A DNA stretch of 64,000 nucleotides, taken from NCBI GenBank assembly GCA_973895155.1, contig OZ316891.1:26163899-26227898 (forward strand), written 5' to 3'. The notes under the pieces are model-generated. The model ran no database searches, was not told the origin of the DNA, and saw nothing but the letters and a program-made list of their open reading frames with translations. Positions within the stretch are counted from its first letter, which is position 1. Each line of letters starts with the position of its first letter. Both the position numbers and the translations under genes were made by a program. Shown in pieces: positions 51,031-64,000 of this stretch. This DNA is from Marsupella aquatica. Its lineage: Eukaryota; Plantae; Marchantiophyta.

Positions 51031-53591
51031 TTGCCAAGTGAGGGGGATCAGGTCCGGAGGGGCTCGCATCCCTATTGCGATAGGGACAGGCACCAGTTGG
51101 AAAATCATTGGATCACACAGGAAAGGGAAATGTATGCAGTGAGCTACGCGTTGAAGAAGTGGGAGATTTACCTTAAGAACGGTCCCAAAGTGGTAATACA
51201 CACAAACAGCTCGCCGGCTGGGTACTTTAGTTCTAAGCCAAGCTGTACCCCAAGGAAATGCGCTGGTAGATGTTGGCGGATTTTGATTTCAAAGTCCGTC
51301 ACGTTCCGGGGAAGACAAACACGTCAGTTGACGCGTTATCGTGTAGGGACCATCATCGTGTCAATGGGATCACGATGCTCAAGTCCGAGTGGCCAAAGGT
51401 TCTGGCCGAGGCGTATGGGGATGACAGATTAGCTAGGAATGGCAAAGCAATGGGGGTAGCCAGGGCAAGATAAGGCAAGTTTCATTGGGGTTGGATACCA
51501 CCATAATGTCCAGTTATGGCGATACAAGCAGAGGCGTGTGTACATCCCAGAGTCTCTAAGGTTAGAGGTTCTACAAAAGTACCATGACTCGCCCTGGGGA
51601 GGGCATGGCAGACAAACTGCTACGTATCGCAGCATGTCGCAAGATGTGTATTGGCCGGACATGAAGCAATCGGTTCTTTGCCACGTGCAAAGTTCGTGCC
51701 AAAAGAACTGAACGGTCTATAGGGCAAAAGAAGGACTTTTGCAACCCTTACCAGTAGTTGTAGCTCCATGGGAGTCCATCTCCATGGACTTCATTGTTGG
51801 GTTACCTGAGTTCCACGACAATAACTCCATCTTAACAATCATGGATAATTTTTCCAAGATGACGTATTTCTTGCCGACTAAAAAAATGGTTTCGTCCCGA
51901 GAGGTTGTCGGTCTAGTGTTTGACAATGTCTTCAGACAATGGGGATTGTCGTTGCATATCTTGTCCGACCGCGATACCAAGTTCACGGGCCATTTCTGGA
52001 AGGCATTATTCCGGTTATCCGGAATGGAAGCTTGGCAAACAAAAAGCAAGGTTCCTTTTGCGGGAAATTTTATTCGAGAGCAACGCCTAGTTGTGGAAGC
52101 GGCTACCAAGGGTATGACCCTTGCCCAAAGTCGGTACAAGGAGCAAGGGGATAAACATTGACGCCAGGTAAGCTTTGAAATTGGGGAGAGCGTCTGGTTG
52201 CAGTTGAGACCTAAACAATACCATGGGAACATAAGTAGGAAGCTGGCTCCCAGATATGCGGGACCCTATTGCATCATACGATGCGCCCACAAGGATAATC
52301 CAATTTTGGTGATGTGGGAGACACCCAAGGAAATGGGCGTGGGCAAAAGCTACCATGTTAGTAGGCTCAAGAAATTTATCAAAGACAATGATCCCAACCG
52401 GGATCAGGTCTTGCGTCCGGATGCCATGCTGGTGGAGGACGCTGAGGAGTTTGAGGTGGAGGCAATTGTGAACCACCATTACAAACGCAAGTTGGGAAGG
52501 CAAATCTTAGAGTATTTGGTGAAGTGGGCTGGCTATGATCAGGCCAAGAGTACTTGGGAACGAGCTTGGGAACCGGAAGAAAATTTGGGTAATGCCCCAG
52601 AGATCCTTGGAATCATAAGCGAAGCGGCCTACCACCGTTGTGAACTGGTACAGGTAGTTGTAGCTACCTTTGTGAGTTGTATCCTAGTTTCACTCCTATT
52701 GGCCTCTTGAGGATAAAGTTGGATTGCGTGGGTGCTGGAGGTTGTTGGGCGGCCGATTTGCTTTTTGTGAGTGGAAGTTGATGGTGTCCGCCTTACATCT
52801 GTGGGCGGGCTGGTTCGAACCAAAGGGGAGTACCCCAAGGGTACCCAAAGGGGAGAACAATGGGTCCGACAAGTTTGGAGTTAGCTTACTCGCTTGGACT
52901 GCCATCCTACTTGGATAAGTGGAATAGGTTGGAATTTCCTAAGTCTGGAATGTGCATACCAACCGGGTTTGCATCAGCCTTATGGGAAAACCAGTTGTTA
53001 CCTCATAAAATTTTTAAGACCTAAAGTGGTCTAGGCGTGCTAGAACAGTTACTGAGGTCACGCGAACGTGACCATTTTTAAGGGGGGGTGCAAGTCGCCG
53101 AAATTGACTACCTTAACTTTTAGCTCCAGCGTCGCTAACTCTGACGCCGAGCTCCCTTATGGTCCATGCCCGAATAGGCCACCAGGGGAGGACTTAGCAT
53201 GGGGAGACTTGTGAGCAGTGAGACATGGCACTAGCGAAGGCAAGGCGCCAAGCTAGTGACACACACTAAAGACTAAGACTAGATGAGAGTTGGTCGGGTC
53301 AAGGGGAAAAGGGCCGGGCTCAAGGTCGACCGTCCGGACCCTCAAACGAACTTTGAGTTCTGAGGACTTGAATGAGAGCTCCTCTTGGACCCAAAGCCAA
53401 TGGAGTCGACGCCATGCCGTTTAGGGTAAGGAGACGGTCCCTACCCCTTATCACTAAATGTTGCCCAAACCCCTAAGCCGCATGCAACGCCTGTAAACCC
53501 TACATAAGTGTAAACCATTCCTCTAATGGCGCATTAATGGCATGGATATTAAGAATTGCTGTGAATCATTGATTGAAAGGATCCTGGTGTA
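51031..53591 (+). mobile_element. 5'-truncated Ty3/Gypsy chromovirus: RNase H, integrase, chromodomain, PPT and probable 3' LTR
   Basis: EREMYAVSYALKKW (RNase H), HVPGKTN, LQPLPVVVAPWESISMDFI and ILSDRDTKF (integrase), KLAPRYAGPY (GPY/F), EFEVEAIVNH...YLVKWAGY...WEPEENL (chromodomain). PPT AAGGGGGGG at ~53080 is followed by TG at 53089. Stops, frameshifts and an internal integrase deletion; the LTR end is approximate. Confidence 0.88.
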
Positions 53592-56500
53592 CAACAATTA
53601 ATGAGTTTCCCATAGATTGCAAAATCTATCAATGGCCTCCTCTAGACATCCTTACGGACAGATATATGCTTGTCTATTACTCCGACACGAACCATCGTGT
53701 AAACTGACGTGTAAAGTGTAAACGTAAGGGGGGAGAAAAGATTCCACACAGTCATGTCTTTTCCGCAGATTCTCGTCTTTGCCGACGTACTTTTCGCCGA
53801 CCTGCCCGTCCCACCAAGTATTTCGGTGCGGTCTATCAAATATCATTATTTGAACGAGAACCCGGGAAATCCCGGGCACCGTATGTTTGTGACACGATGC
53901 GTAAGTTTTTGACGTGAGCACGCGGTGTCAGAGAACAGGATTCGGGTCATTAATTAAAATACGCAGAACGTGAGGAACATGATGGTGGACCGACACGGGC
54001 ACGGGCACGGTCAGGTGGCCGGGCAGACCGGTGGCTCCTGCTGAATCGAGAGTCGCTCCGTCCATGGGCTCCGGGCAGTCTGCCCGACGGACACAGAAAG
54101 AGAGCCTGTCCTGACGTCATAATACCAATAAAGTATTTTCTGGATCGTATGAGCACACAGACCGCCGTTTTGTGAAACTAAAGCCAGGATAGTACACCAT
54201 GTTGGACATTGAGCTCCCGTGCACCGCATTTTGATGGCCCGAAACTCCCGTGTAATTTACGATTTTTGTTAATTTACGATTACTATAACAACTTAAAGTT
54301 CACCTGTAAGGAGAAAATAGAGAAAGAGACGGAAACAACAGGCCGCATTATTGCTTATTTGCAAAATTTCAGGGGCATACAAAATGGGGAAATTGAAACC
54401 TCAATGTACCACATTTACCAAAAGTTGAGTCTAATTGTAATACTTGATATTCATCAAGTAAAATATTCTGTACTTCTAGGGATATGCTAGAAGAATAGGT
54501 AACCTATACTTCCATCCAACTTACATTGAATTTGGCTGAGTTTTTTAATCATAACATGCTGATGGGTGAAATTCCATTTCATTAGTTTTCATTGAATTAA
54601 AATGAAATATTTGGTTTGTTGACCTACCCCAAAAATTGCAAGGCAGAAAGGAAGGAAATGCGCTTTTGTGGGTTCAACTTGGAATCTGGGGGGACTTGTA
54701 GAGGCCGGTAGCAGAGATTTGCAAGGGATTTATTTACTCCCTTTTTCTCTTTTCAACGGAAAATTTTAATGAAAGTAGACAAAGAAAGGTACAGGGGAGG
54801 CCCACTAAATAAGAGTCTACCAACAAAAAATTAAAATATGAATGAGTATTGTTGGTAAACTCATCTATTGGTGCTCATTGGGTCCCCCCATTGTATTGTG
54901 CCCTGCCCAAAAGGTGAAATCATCAAAAATGCATATTTCATGTTCCCAAAGTAGAATGTCTATCCTCTGTTGTTTGGGCCATAATTCCAAAATAGAATCT
55001 CTATCTTCTGTTGGTTGAATGTGTCCACTTCAGGTTTTCAAGGCCAAAAACAAATGTCTTCATGTTTTTTTCTTCTTTTGCCTTGAAACATCCAAAAGGT
55101 CTTCATGTTTCCAAGTCTACCCAGAGTGCACTGATCAAGAGAGTTTCTCAACTTTAATTATACAAGCAAGGATAACCCAATCTTCTTTAGGGCAAGTGAT
55201 ATTTCAAGCTTAAGCTTCATAAATAATCTGGCTTCACCAATAAGCCCCATTCCAAATTGGGGTTGTACCAGCAAGCATAACCCCATCTTCTTTAGGGCAA
55301 GTGCCTTTACAAGCCGCATCGTAAAGTAAGGTTGATTAAACATAAGGTCATTTTATGTTTTAATTTTTTGGTTGCCTTTTCCTCTTTTATGTTTGGTATT
55401 TGGCCTCTTTAGACCTCCTTTGCTTTCTCACCATTGTACTTTGTCTATTCCACTTCTGTAGAATTTTGGGTTTATTAAATTTTTTATTGAAAAAAAGAAT
55501 TTTTTATTGATTCCAAATAAAGACTTTTAATATTTGGAAGAATATTACAGTGTTTTTAGCACAGAAGCTACATTTATTGTCAAATAAATTTCTGAAATGT
55601 TCAACAAATAAGGCTAATATAAATGTTAAAACACGTTTTTAAAGTTTTAGGGTGGTCTAGACTGCTAAAGTTTGTAGGTGATTGGGGGCACCATATAACG
55701 AGATCCTGAGACAGATGTTAAGTTCCGATGCTTAGTATAATACAGTAGTTTGGGTCTGTAGTAGTAGACTACATGTATGGTATGTCATTCAGAAACATAA
55801 TAAAATGATCCCATTGAATACCAATCCCAAATTATTTCAATCCTGGAATTGGCGGTAGGATTTACAAAAAAACAAATTGTGGGGAAACCAAGGAAAAACA
55901 TTGGCCGTAACTCAAATCAAGCCACAAATGTTAGACCAGTGTGTCCTCCAACCCCATGGCACAGGTGCTGAATTCCAATAGCGAGCCATGGGGTGCATAA
56001 TTCAAATGGAGCACCTTAGCCATTGTGTTTGAGGTTTAAAGAGTCCATTAATTTGAGTTTTGAAGACATGATGCTATGTTCAAAACTTCAAGGCATTTAC
56101 TCTTGATTCTAAAATTACTATGTAACCACAGAACTTAGTCAAATCCTAGTCAAACCTTGATCAAGTTTAAATATGCTGTTTATTATATGCACAAGTAGGA
56201 ATTAGTTTGTGTATGGATCTTAGGCTCATTGTTACGGAGCTCTCTAAAAGATATGGAGAGCTTGTGTTGATGAGACTTGGTATGGCCAACAGATCTAGAC
56301 TACTGTAAAGATAGACTCTTGTGTTTCTAGTAAAATTAGCTTTTGCAGAAGTGAACTACATATCTGTTGTGTTGACTATTTCTTTGTTGGATGTGCATGT
56401 TGTCTATGAAGTGCCCATTGCTTAGCACAAAGAAACTTGTTTGAGATGGAAGAGCTATTATGTGATTGTTCCTTCTCCAGCTTTATCTCCAATTTGCTCA

Positions 56501-57699
56501 AATTTAGGTGAGTTTTGTCTGTCACATCAATTCTGCTCAAGTTGAACACCAACTTTCAAACAAAATCCCGAATTCAAACACTTGCATAAAGCTCTCCCTA
56601 GCTAGGAGTCTAGGACATTGTGTTTGGAAGTTGCAAAAAACTATTATTCAAGCAAAAGATACCGTTTTCTTTAAGCACAGCGCATAATTTTGAATAAAGC
56701 CCCCCTGAAAGATGGTAGGCTTGGTTGCTGATGGCATAAGCCCTTACTCCCTCCCTCGATTGTAAGGCAAACCTATACACTCAATGATTGTCCTTATCTT
56801 GGGTCACATGTGAGCTATTAACTATATGTGCCACTGTCCCTATATAGAAAATTTCGTTTTACGTAGATGAATGTTAGACAACCCCCATGAATTCCGTATG
56901 TATAGGAGTTTGATAGGCATTAGATTCTATCACGTCATCAAAGAGGGGTCGTTTTAGTTATTTAAGGTGATTATATCTACTAAAGCCCTGGTGAAGTTAT
57001 ATCTCCCCTTTAAGTAATATGGAACTTATAAAGTATGGAGCTTAACAAGTATCTCCCCATTGCCTCCTGACATATGGAAATGTGCCCAAGCACTTGATGC
57101 CGTGAACGTTTTTGGATTATTAGCCCCTAACTTGCCTTCATTGCTACTCAAATCACTCACTATTGTTATAGACATCCGTTAGTTCTCTTAATCAAGGAAA
57201 GTTGGAAGTGACCCCTTATGATTGGACTACTTCCAACTTTCCACCATGATGTCCACTAAGATGTCCATCCCTGTTAGTAACCACGCATCAAAATGGTGAG
57301 ATGGGAAGTGAGTGAGTGCTTAATGTGAAATGAGTATTATGCCTTACCGGGAATATTTTCTATGGAAATTTATGGTACATATGAATAAGGGAAAGAACCC
57401 CACCCAGGACAAGTACAGAAGCTGTGCAAAGAAGGGATTCGGATGTTAATTACTTCCTGTCTAAAATAACCTATTTGAAAAAATGCACAAATGGGCTTTG
57501 AGTATTGAGTTAGTGGTTGAGTGTAAAAGTTACGGGTTAGTAGGGGTTCTCGTCGGTGACGATAAAAAACTCATAAAGGGTTAAAAATAAAACTGACAAG
57601 GGGCCCACCTCATGTGTTCATCACGAAGGGAATCAACTTTTGGACAATGTCAGATCTTCCAGGTGTATTTTGTTGTTCTTTACCCAAAGCTATAATACT

Positions 57700-57918
57700 A
57701 TATGTAATATGTGATAATTAATTAATTTAATGTAACTATAATATACTATCACACTGCAAAAAAACAAAAGGCGCCCAGCCAGGAGACACGATCTCACAAA
57801 ACAGAGAACCAATAAAGGGGGGCCAACAAGGGAAACCCGGGAGACCAAAGATCCAAAAAGCACGAGAGACTTCGGCAAAAGCTAACCACAACAACTACAA
57901 GGAACAAAAGCCCTAAAA
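57700..57918 (-). mobile_element. Short retroposed fragment (truncated LINE/SINE-like) flanked by a long imperfect direct repeat
   Basis: GTTGTTCTTTACCCAAAGCTATAATACT (~57672-57699) recurs as GTTGTTTTTACCCAAGGCTATCATACT (~57919-57945). The insert resembles 49380-49620. Confidence 0.5.
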
Positions 57919-60900
57919 GTTGTTTTTACCCAAGGCTATCATACTCGAATAGAAAAGCATGTTATTTATAAATATAGGCTTTTGTTACTTTTGGTTAGTG
58001 AATGTTTTCCAATCTGGGGGAGCCATAAATTGGTTTCAACCCGTTTGTCATGACGGAAGTTATTTAACCATGGTCAAAGAGAGCGAGTGTCAAACTGTTA
58101 AACATCATTGAAGGTAGACAGTGGCAGACTATTAAAGCTTCATCATTCAAGTTTTCATGGTTGCCTTGCATCCACAACCTACAGTATGTGAAAGATTGTG
58201 GACTGGCAAACTTTATGATTGCAATAAGTGGTGTTGCTAATTCAAAGATGACCCTCTTACTAGACCGATTGCCGTAGGCTTTTTGATTGGTTAAAGCGCA
58301 ACTCTTGCTTATTAGACCTGGATCAGCCAGGTCATACCACTTGTTGGAGATAGGTTATTCCTGAACCTTGGAGGAGCCTATCGTAGAAGGCTGCAATGTA
58401 AAAAAGGGGAAGTTTGATTCACTTCCCGGCCCTATATTGTGCCAAGAGTCATTTAAGTCTACTGGACTAATTTTGTTTAGGGGTCTCCAAGGATATTGTG
58501 AGGATATGTTCTTTTTTGCTCACAAAAAATTGACTACATTGTTCATCTGGACCCACTACATACCACCGTACAACCTGGAACATCCTGTCCCCACTTGTCA
58601 AATATATGGTATCAAATAAGGAGATGGTTAGCTCCCGCAATTTCTATTCTGAGTTTTTTATTACTTGGCAAGCTATCTGGTTGGACCTTGTGTCCACACT
58701 TCCATGACTTAGGGTGGCTTTACAAGATGTCGGGCCCATTGTATTCTTATTATTCTCTATGAGATTAACTCTCAACTATATAAAAATGAAATGGCTGCAT
58801 TCAGGTATGGGCCTGAAGGCAGCCGAGTTGGTCTTGCCAGAACTGGGTGGGCCATTCAAGTATGATGTCTACCAATCACACATGGCAAAGAGTGGGTCCA
58901 AGTACATGCATATGTGGACTGCTTAGGCTTTTTTAGAATTTTAGATCACCTAGTATAGAGGTGGTCCAAACATTTGCAAAATTTGGCTTCTTCATTAAAG
59001 GAATTTGCATTTATTGAAGTTCATTTCACAAGATTTTTGGGGTGGAGTCTCTCCTTAGTAGAAGTGGCCCCCAGTTTGCTTTGGTGAAAAACAATCACAA
59101 GTGCCCCAGGGCTTTGTAAACTACCACCCTGAGGGCATTAAGTTTGAAATTTATTGCTAGTTTGAATTTTGTTTACCATAAGTATTGATAGTACAACCAA
59201 ACTATTCCTTGCATGATCACCAGTTCTCTAGTGGCCATATTATAGGCAAGGTCCAAATAACAACAACTGTGGATTTCTCTTTACAAAAAATCTTTACCTT
59301 TGGGGGTCTTTGAGCAAACCATGCTACACATAAGATAGCATGCACATGTCCAATGTTCACCATACACAGAAGTAGTCAATACACAAGATAAGTATTTCAT
59401 CTCTCGAGAGGTTATGTCCACATGAACACAAAAGAGAGCTTTACTAAACTCTAAGCCTGTCGACCATACAAAATCTCAAGAGACCAAGCCCTTCGCATCC
59501 CTCAAGTGGCCTCGTAACAATGAACCTAAGTTACTAACTTGATCACTAACTAAGTCATGCTAGTGCCTATAGTAGTGGCACATCTAACCTTAACTAAACA
59601 CAGGACTTTGATTAGACCAACTATGGTTACTTAATAGCTCTAGACCTACGAGTAAAATAATGCCAGACAATCTTCCTCTCCTCTTTCCTTCCCCTTTGAA
59701 ACCACTGAACTTTTCTGGTGTTCCTCCTGTTATTTATGACATCTTTGCCCTCGTGCACCCCCCCAAATAATAATAGTAATTGTAATAGAGGAACCCATTA
59801 ATAATTTTTTGTTACAATTTTTAAGTACATTGCCATTAAAGATTTTTTAATTTATAATACTGTCATTATTCTTGTTATATTTACAAAAATGCCACAGTTT
59901 TTGTATACAGTTTCCCTGGTTACCTTTGTGAACTTATCATCCATATCTAAACTGTGATATTTTTATAAATACACACAAAATTATGGCAGTATTGTCAATT
60001 AGAACATCTTAAGTGACAAATTACTTAAAAAAAAATTCTTGTTATTATTTTGAGTGATTTGTTTTCTTGGAAATAAAAAAGGTTTGAGTAAATTTTTGGT
60101 TTGAGCAAATGTTTGGTTTGAAGGCACTCTAAGAGACTATTGACCTAAGAGTTTGTGCACTAGTTTTCGGGCTCCATGTTGCTATTGTGACAATTATGAG
60201 GGGCCAATGCAGGCTAGTTATGTCACACCCTCCCACAAATAAAAAGGGATTTGTACTGATGGCTGCCATTTAGCCTAACATTTGTGTGCAAATCATGTCA
60301 CAAAGCCCGAGAGAAAGCAGGGGAATGTGAAGACAGTACTGTGAATAGATTGTGAACTTATGGCAATGCACACAATGTAGATCTGTTTAGCCAAGTCAGG
60401 GCAGATGTGTGTCACAACTAGGAAGAACCCCTAAACCCTAAATGCCAGTCCACATTTAGAGCTGGGCCTGTTCCCGGAAGAAATCAGAATACCCTCAGGG
60501 GAGTCACTTCCATAGTAGGCACATCAGATAAGTAGACAAGTATAGGCCCATTTAAATGGGTGTGACAAAATATTTCCAGAGTTTTGTGGAAAACAAATAG
60601 GATATGTCTTATTGATTGGTCAACTTTAAGGAAGAAATAAGTCTATAAATTGTGAAAATAAAAAATAATAAAATTTAAAGAAAAAAATTATTGATTTTTT
60701 TTTTTAAAATTAATTATAAATCCAAACCCTAAAATGCTGCACACCAAGTATGGCCGTTCATACAGTGAACACCGTCCGCCCCCAAGAGAATACCATCGAC
60801 CAGTGCAAGCCATAAATGCCCCTCCGTCACATGAGTAAAGCCATTCCAAGAAAAAAAAATGCCCTTCCGCAACCCTAGACTACTTCATACTTCGATGCCA

Positions 60901-60999
60901 CTTTGCCAGTATGGGCCCGACGGGGAGGTACTGGTGCGGAACTGCAGATACTCTTAGCAGGTGTTCAGCTCTGTAGACCCATCTTCCAACCTACCAGGA

Positions 61000-63900
61000 G
61001 TAGACACGTAGTAGTATTGTATTGAATGGGGACAATGCCCATCAAACAGCACAAAGACTGGTACAGTGTGATTGTGATAGACTTTCAGAATATTTTAATT
61101 TAGATAAAATAGTATACAAATCAGTCATGCACATACGGGGCTCAAAGCAACCAATCTTCGAGGAGTCATTAATAGAGGCCATATCCAACAGTAGTAGAAG
61201 TGTATTAATCCAGAGATCGTCCTCCTGGAGACATCAATGGTATCTCCAGGGATTCTTTCTTCCAAGTGGGTGGTCAAACTTCACCTTTGACTTGTTTCCC
61301 ATAATTATCAAGTGAATGGACTAGGGTGCTCTCTATCAACACAAGTTACATGTTGAATAATATTCACCGGAAGTTCATGACTTTTATCTAGAGTTTTCTT
61401 TTGCCCCCTGTAAGTCTCAGGTTATCTGTATCTAACAGGCCTCTGGAGATCCTAAACCCACGTCCACCCCCTTGACCTCTCACTATGTGGCTCTCTATGT
61501 CCTTCACTTATGTTCATGGAAGATGAAAGGAAAAAAAGAAAATGGAAACTGTACTCCTAAAACTATGTAGCCCACAGGAATATCCTAGGGCTACTGCCCT
61601 CGAGGTTTTGGGTTTTATGTCACCAGGCTGAGTTACTGGTTTAATGGCCAGGGCAGATTGAACCCACGACGTTTCTTATACATAAATGCTACAAGGCCCT
61701 TCTCATACAATTGTCCATACACCCAAACTGTCCCACTGTGTATGGCCTCGATTTACACAAGGTCCTATAATTGAGTAGGGAATATATTATTTGAAGGACC
61801 CACTAAATAGTATCATAGTCTCCACATATCACTGATGAAATGCCCAAAGTCAGAGGCCAACACTGTGGATAAATGGTTGGACACTTGGATGTTTGGGGGA
61901 CTCTGATGTGAATGTGAGGGAGTTGACATCAATATGGGAGGGTGAAGTATCCAGGGGTCCTCATTAATATTTCTGACCCATCACACATGGATAAGTACAG
62001 TGAACTCTGGATAAACTCACCCTCTCGGGAAGAAGGATTTGGCGTACAGTAAAGCAGGTGTTGCATGACTTGATAAGCGCACATCCCACTAAAAGTAGTG
62101 TAGATAAGTGTGCTTAATTTGGGATCCTTTGTTAAATGTGTAATTATCCAGGGTTTCCAGGGGTTTGAGACCAAGTTGTGTGGGCGATGGCAGATTGAGC
62201 ACTACCAAGTGAATGAACAATGATATGGACTCCAAAACTCACCATGCACATTGTGAATACTACTATATACCCAGATCACACCAACATTCCGTGAAATCAA
62301 ACTTTATCTCAAAATGACAACATTTTGTGTCCAATGTGTAGTAAAAAAAAAGTGGACTACAGTTCCTATATTGGGCCTACACAACTTCTTCAGTACCGAC
62401 GGCAGTATGGAGTGAGCAGTCCCCTTCAACTAAGGAGCTTCCTGCTGGTCTACTTTGCCCTCCACTGCCTCAGCATTGTATTTCCCTTCAATATAGGTCC
62501 ATCTGCCATCTGGACTAAAAGACCCCACAGTCAGCCTCGTACCTTGATCCCTGCCCTAATTCTTTGCCCAAACTCTTTAAGTGCATGATGTACTCTACTA
62601 ATAATGGGCATGCCTTTATCTGTAAATGACATTTCTGAAGTTTATGCATTTACATATCCAGAGTAAGTGCTTTGAAAGTTGTCGTCTAGCAGAATGATTA
62701 TAGCCCTATGTGCGCTTAGAAAATGCTTAAATACCGCTTAACCCATGTAAAAAAAAGGGAAGAACAAGATGGCATGCAATAATCCAGGGTAAGCGTTTAT
62801 GGAGTGTGCGCTTATCCAGAGTTCACTGTATAGAGATTTTTATGAGTTAATGTATTTAATACTTATGAAATTTTGTGGAAGGATAGTAAAGGTTTTTTAA
62901 ATTCCATTTCAGCAGTTTAAGAAAAGGCATTATAGTTTAAAACCAAAATTGATAGTATTCCTAGCCTATTCCAAGATGGGGATGAATCCTTGGGATGAAA
63001 TGGGACCCCCTTAGAGTGAGGCCCTCAAGGTGAAAATTAGTGGAGGAGTGGATGCCAAGATTGACGATACTTTGATAGTTTTTTGGGTTCCCTACAGGCA
63101 CCATATCATAGATCATCAAGATATATGATAGTTCCTCTAGATACTGGAGGAGTTGAAATCTATACATGTATACTACCCTGAACCCACACCTTGGACGAAG
63201 GGAAACCTCCTTCACTGTCAATTACCTATCCCTGACCTTGATCTCCACATGGTTAGGGATCTCATGAGGTAGATAGAAAATGACAGGATTCCAGTTGTCC
63301 TTCACAACTTTGGGAGATTTAGTAGTTACCTGCTTGTAAGTGTTGGCCAAATGAAAAAGCAAGACAGGTGAGTGATGTATCATTTGTGATTTGAACTTTT
63401 CATTGTTTAAAGAATTTTCTTCTTTCCATGGGGTGAAGGTATGTAGGGAAAACTGATTGAAGTAACTCAATTGCTGTACTTTTTTCATAGGGTCGTGTAA
63501 AGATTTTCATTTTTTTGCACTAGTTTCTACAGTGACTTAAATATTGCCAGGGCATATCATTGTTCATTAGAGCAAAAAGTTATGGGGTGCAAATTTGGTA
63601 GACCATAACTTTCTCTGTAAGTTACTTACCTATAGTTAAGGTACATCAAGTTTTGAGATTTGAGGACCCCTACTAACTGCTTACAAATGAAAGGGTTCAT
63701 ATCCAGAACAATGCAGTCAATCCACACGAGCTTCTTTTTTGCTGTGATATCTGTGTGCAGGAGTGTTTGGCGCTTCTGCAACCACTCCGAGACTTTGTGT
63801 TCAATTAACCTGTAAGTTGTTAAAGTATGTAAACATGGATGAGTTGTGCAGCTTTCAGAAACTTTTGAAGAGCATCTTGGGTCTGACTTGGTGAGGAAAA
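61000..63900 (-). mobile_element. Possible highly degenerate LINE ORF2 remnant
   Basis: Only weak peptide hints (KDNWNPV, compare the NWRPI motif of LINE RT; W-rich fragments). No continuous frame. Confidence 0.25.
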
Positions 63901-64000
63901 ATTAACTTTAGGAGAGCCTTTAGGACTTGATTTTTTTGCTGCAGCTTAGCTTTCTGATTACGGCACAGCATTTTGTAAACAAAGCTGCTTCACTCCTGTG

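Noticed and set aside
56170-56410. LTR-like segment (a similar one lies at ~59330-59670)
   Set aside because: Resembles the Copia-type LTRs in composition, but termini and TSD could not be fixed.

Overview
Eukaryotic, intron-containing, TE-rich land-plant DNA; the RAV gene with a C-terminal PB1 domain suggests a bryophyte or other non-seed plant. Bases 1-23.6 kb are a nest of three elements. An old, broken CACTA (En/Spm) transposon, element A, is interrupted first by a 3.8-kb TG..CA insertion (567-4400, 5-bp TSD AAGAC) that carries a long coiled-coil ORF but no gag/pol. It is interrupted again by a complete, apparently young CACTA element B (11527-21253; CACTACAACA TIRs, 3-bp TSD AAG). Element B has an intact spliced Tnp2/TnpD transposase on the minus strand and a divergent TnpA-like gene. 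The main finding is a SET-domain (lysine methyltransferase-like) exon inside intron 1 of the element B transposase. It splices in phase to the transposase's own N-terminal Cys/His exon and has one 1-nt frameshift. The element's TTCGCAA/TTGCGAA motif is arrayed at both ends and also in its bidirectional promoter and in an intron. Together these suggest a candidate self-targeted, transposon-encoded chromatin-modifying (anti-silencing) system. The only clear host gene is an AP2-B3-RLFGV-PB1 RAV transcription factor (34039-37731, minus). The rest is degenerate Copia, LINE, chromovirus and MITE-like remnants, plus a few CpG-retaining islands upstream of RAV that share motifs. Domain names are recognised by eye from motifs; no database search was run.
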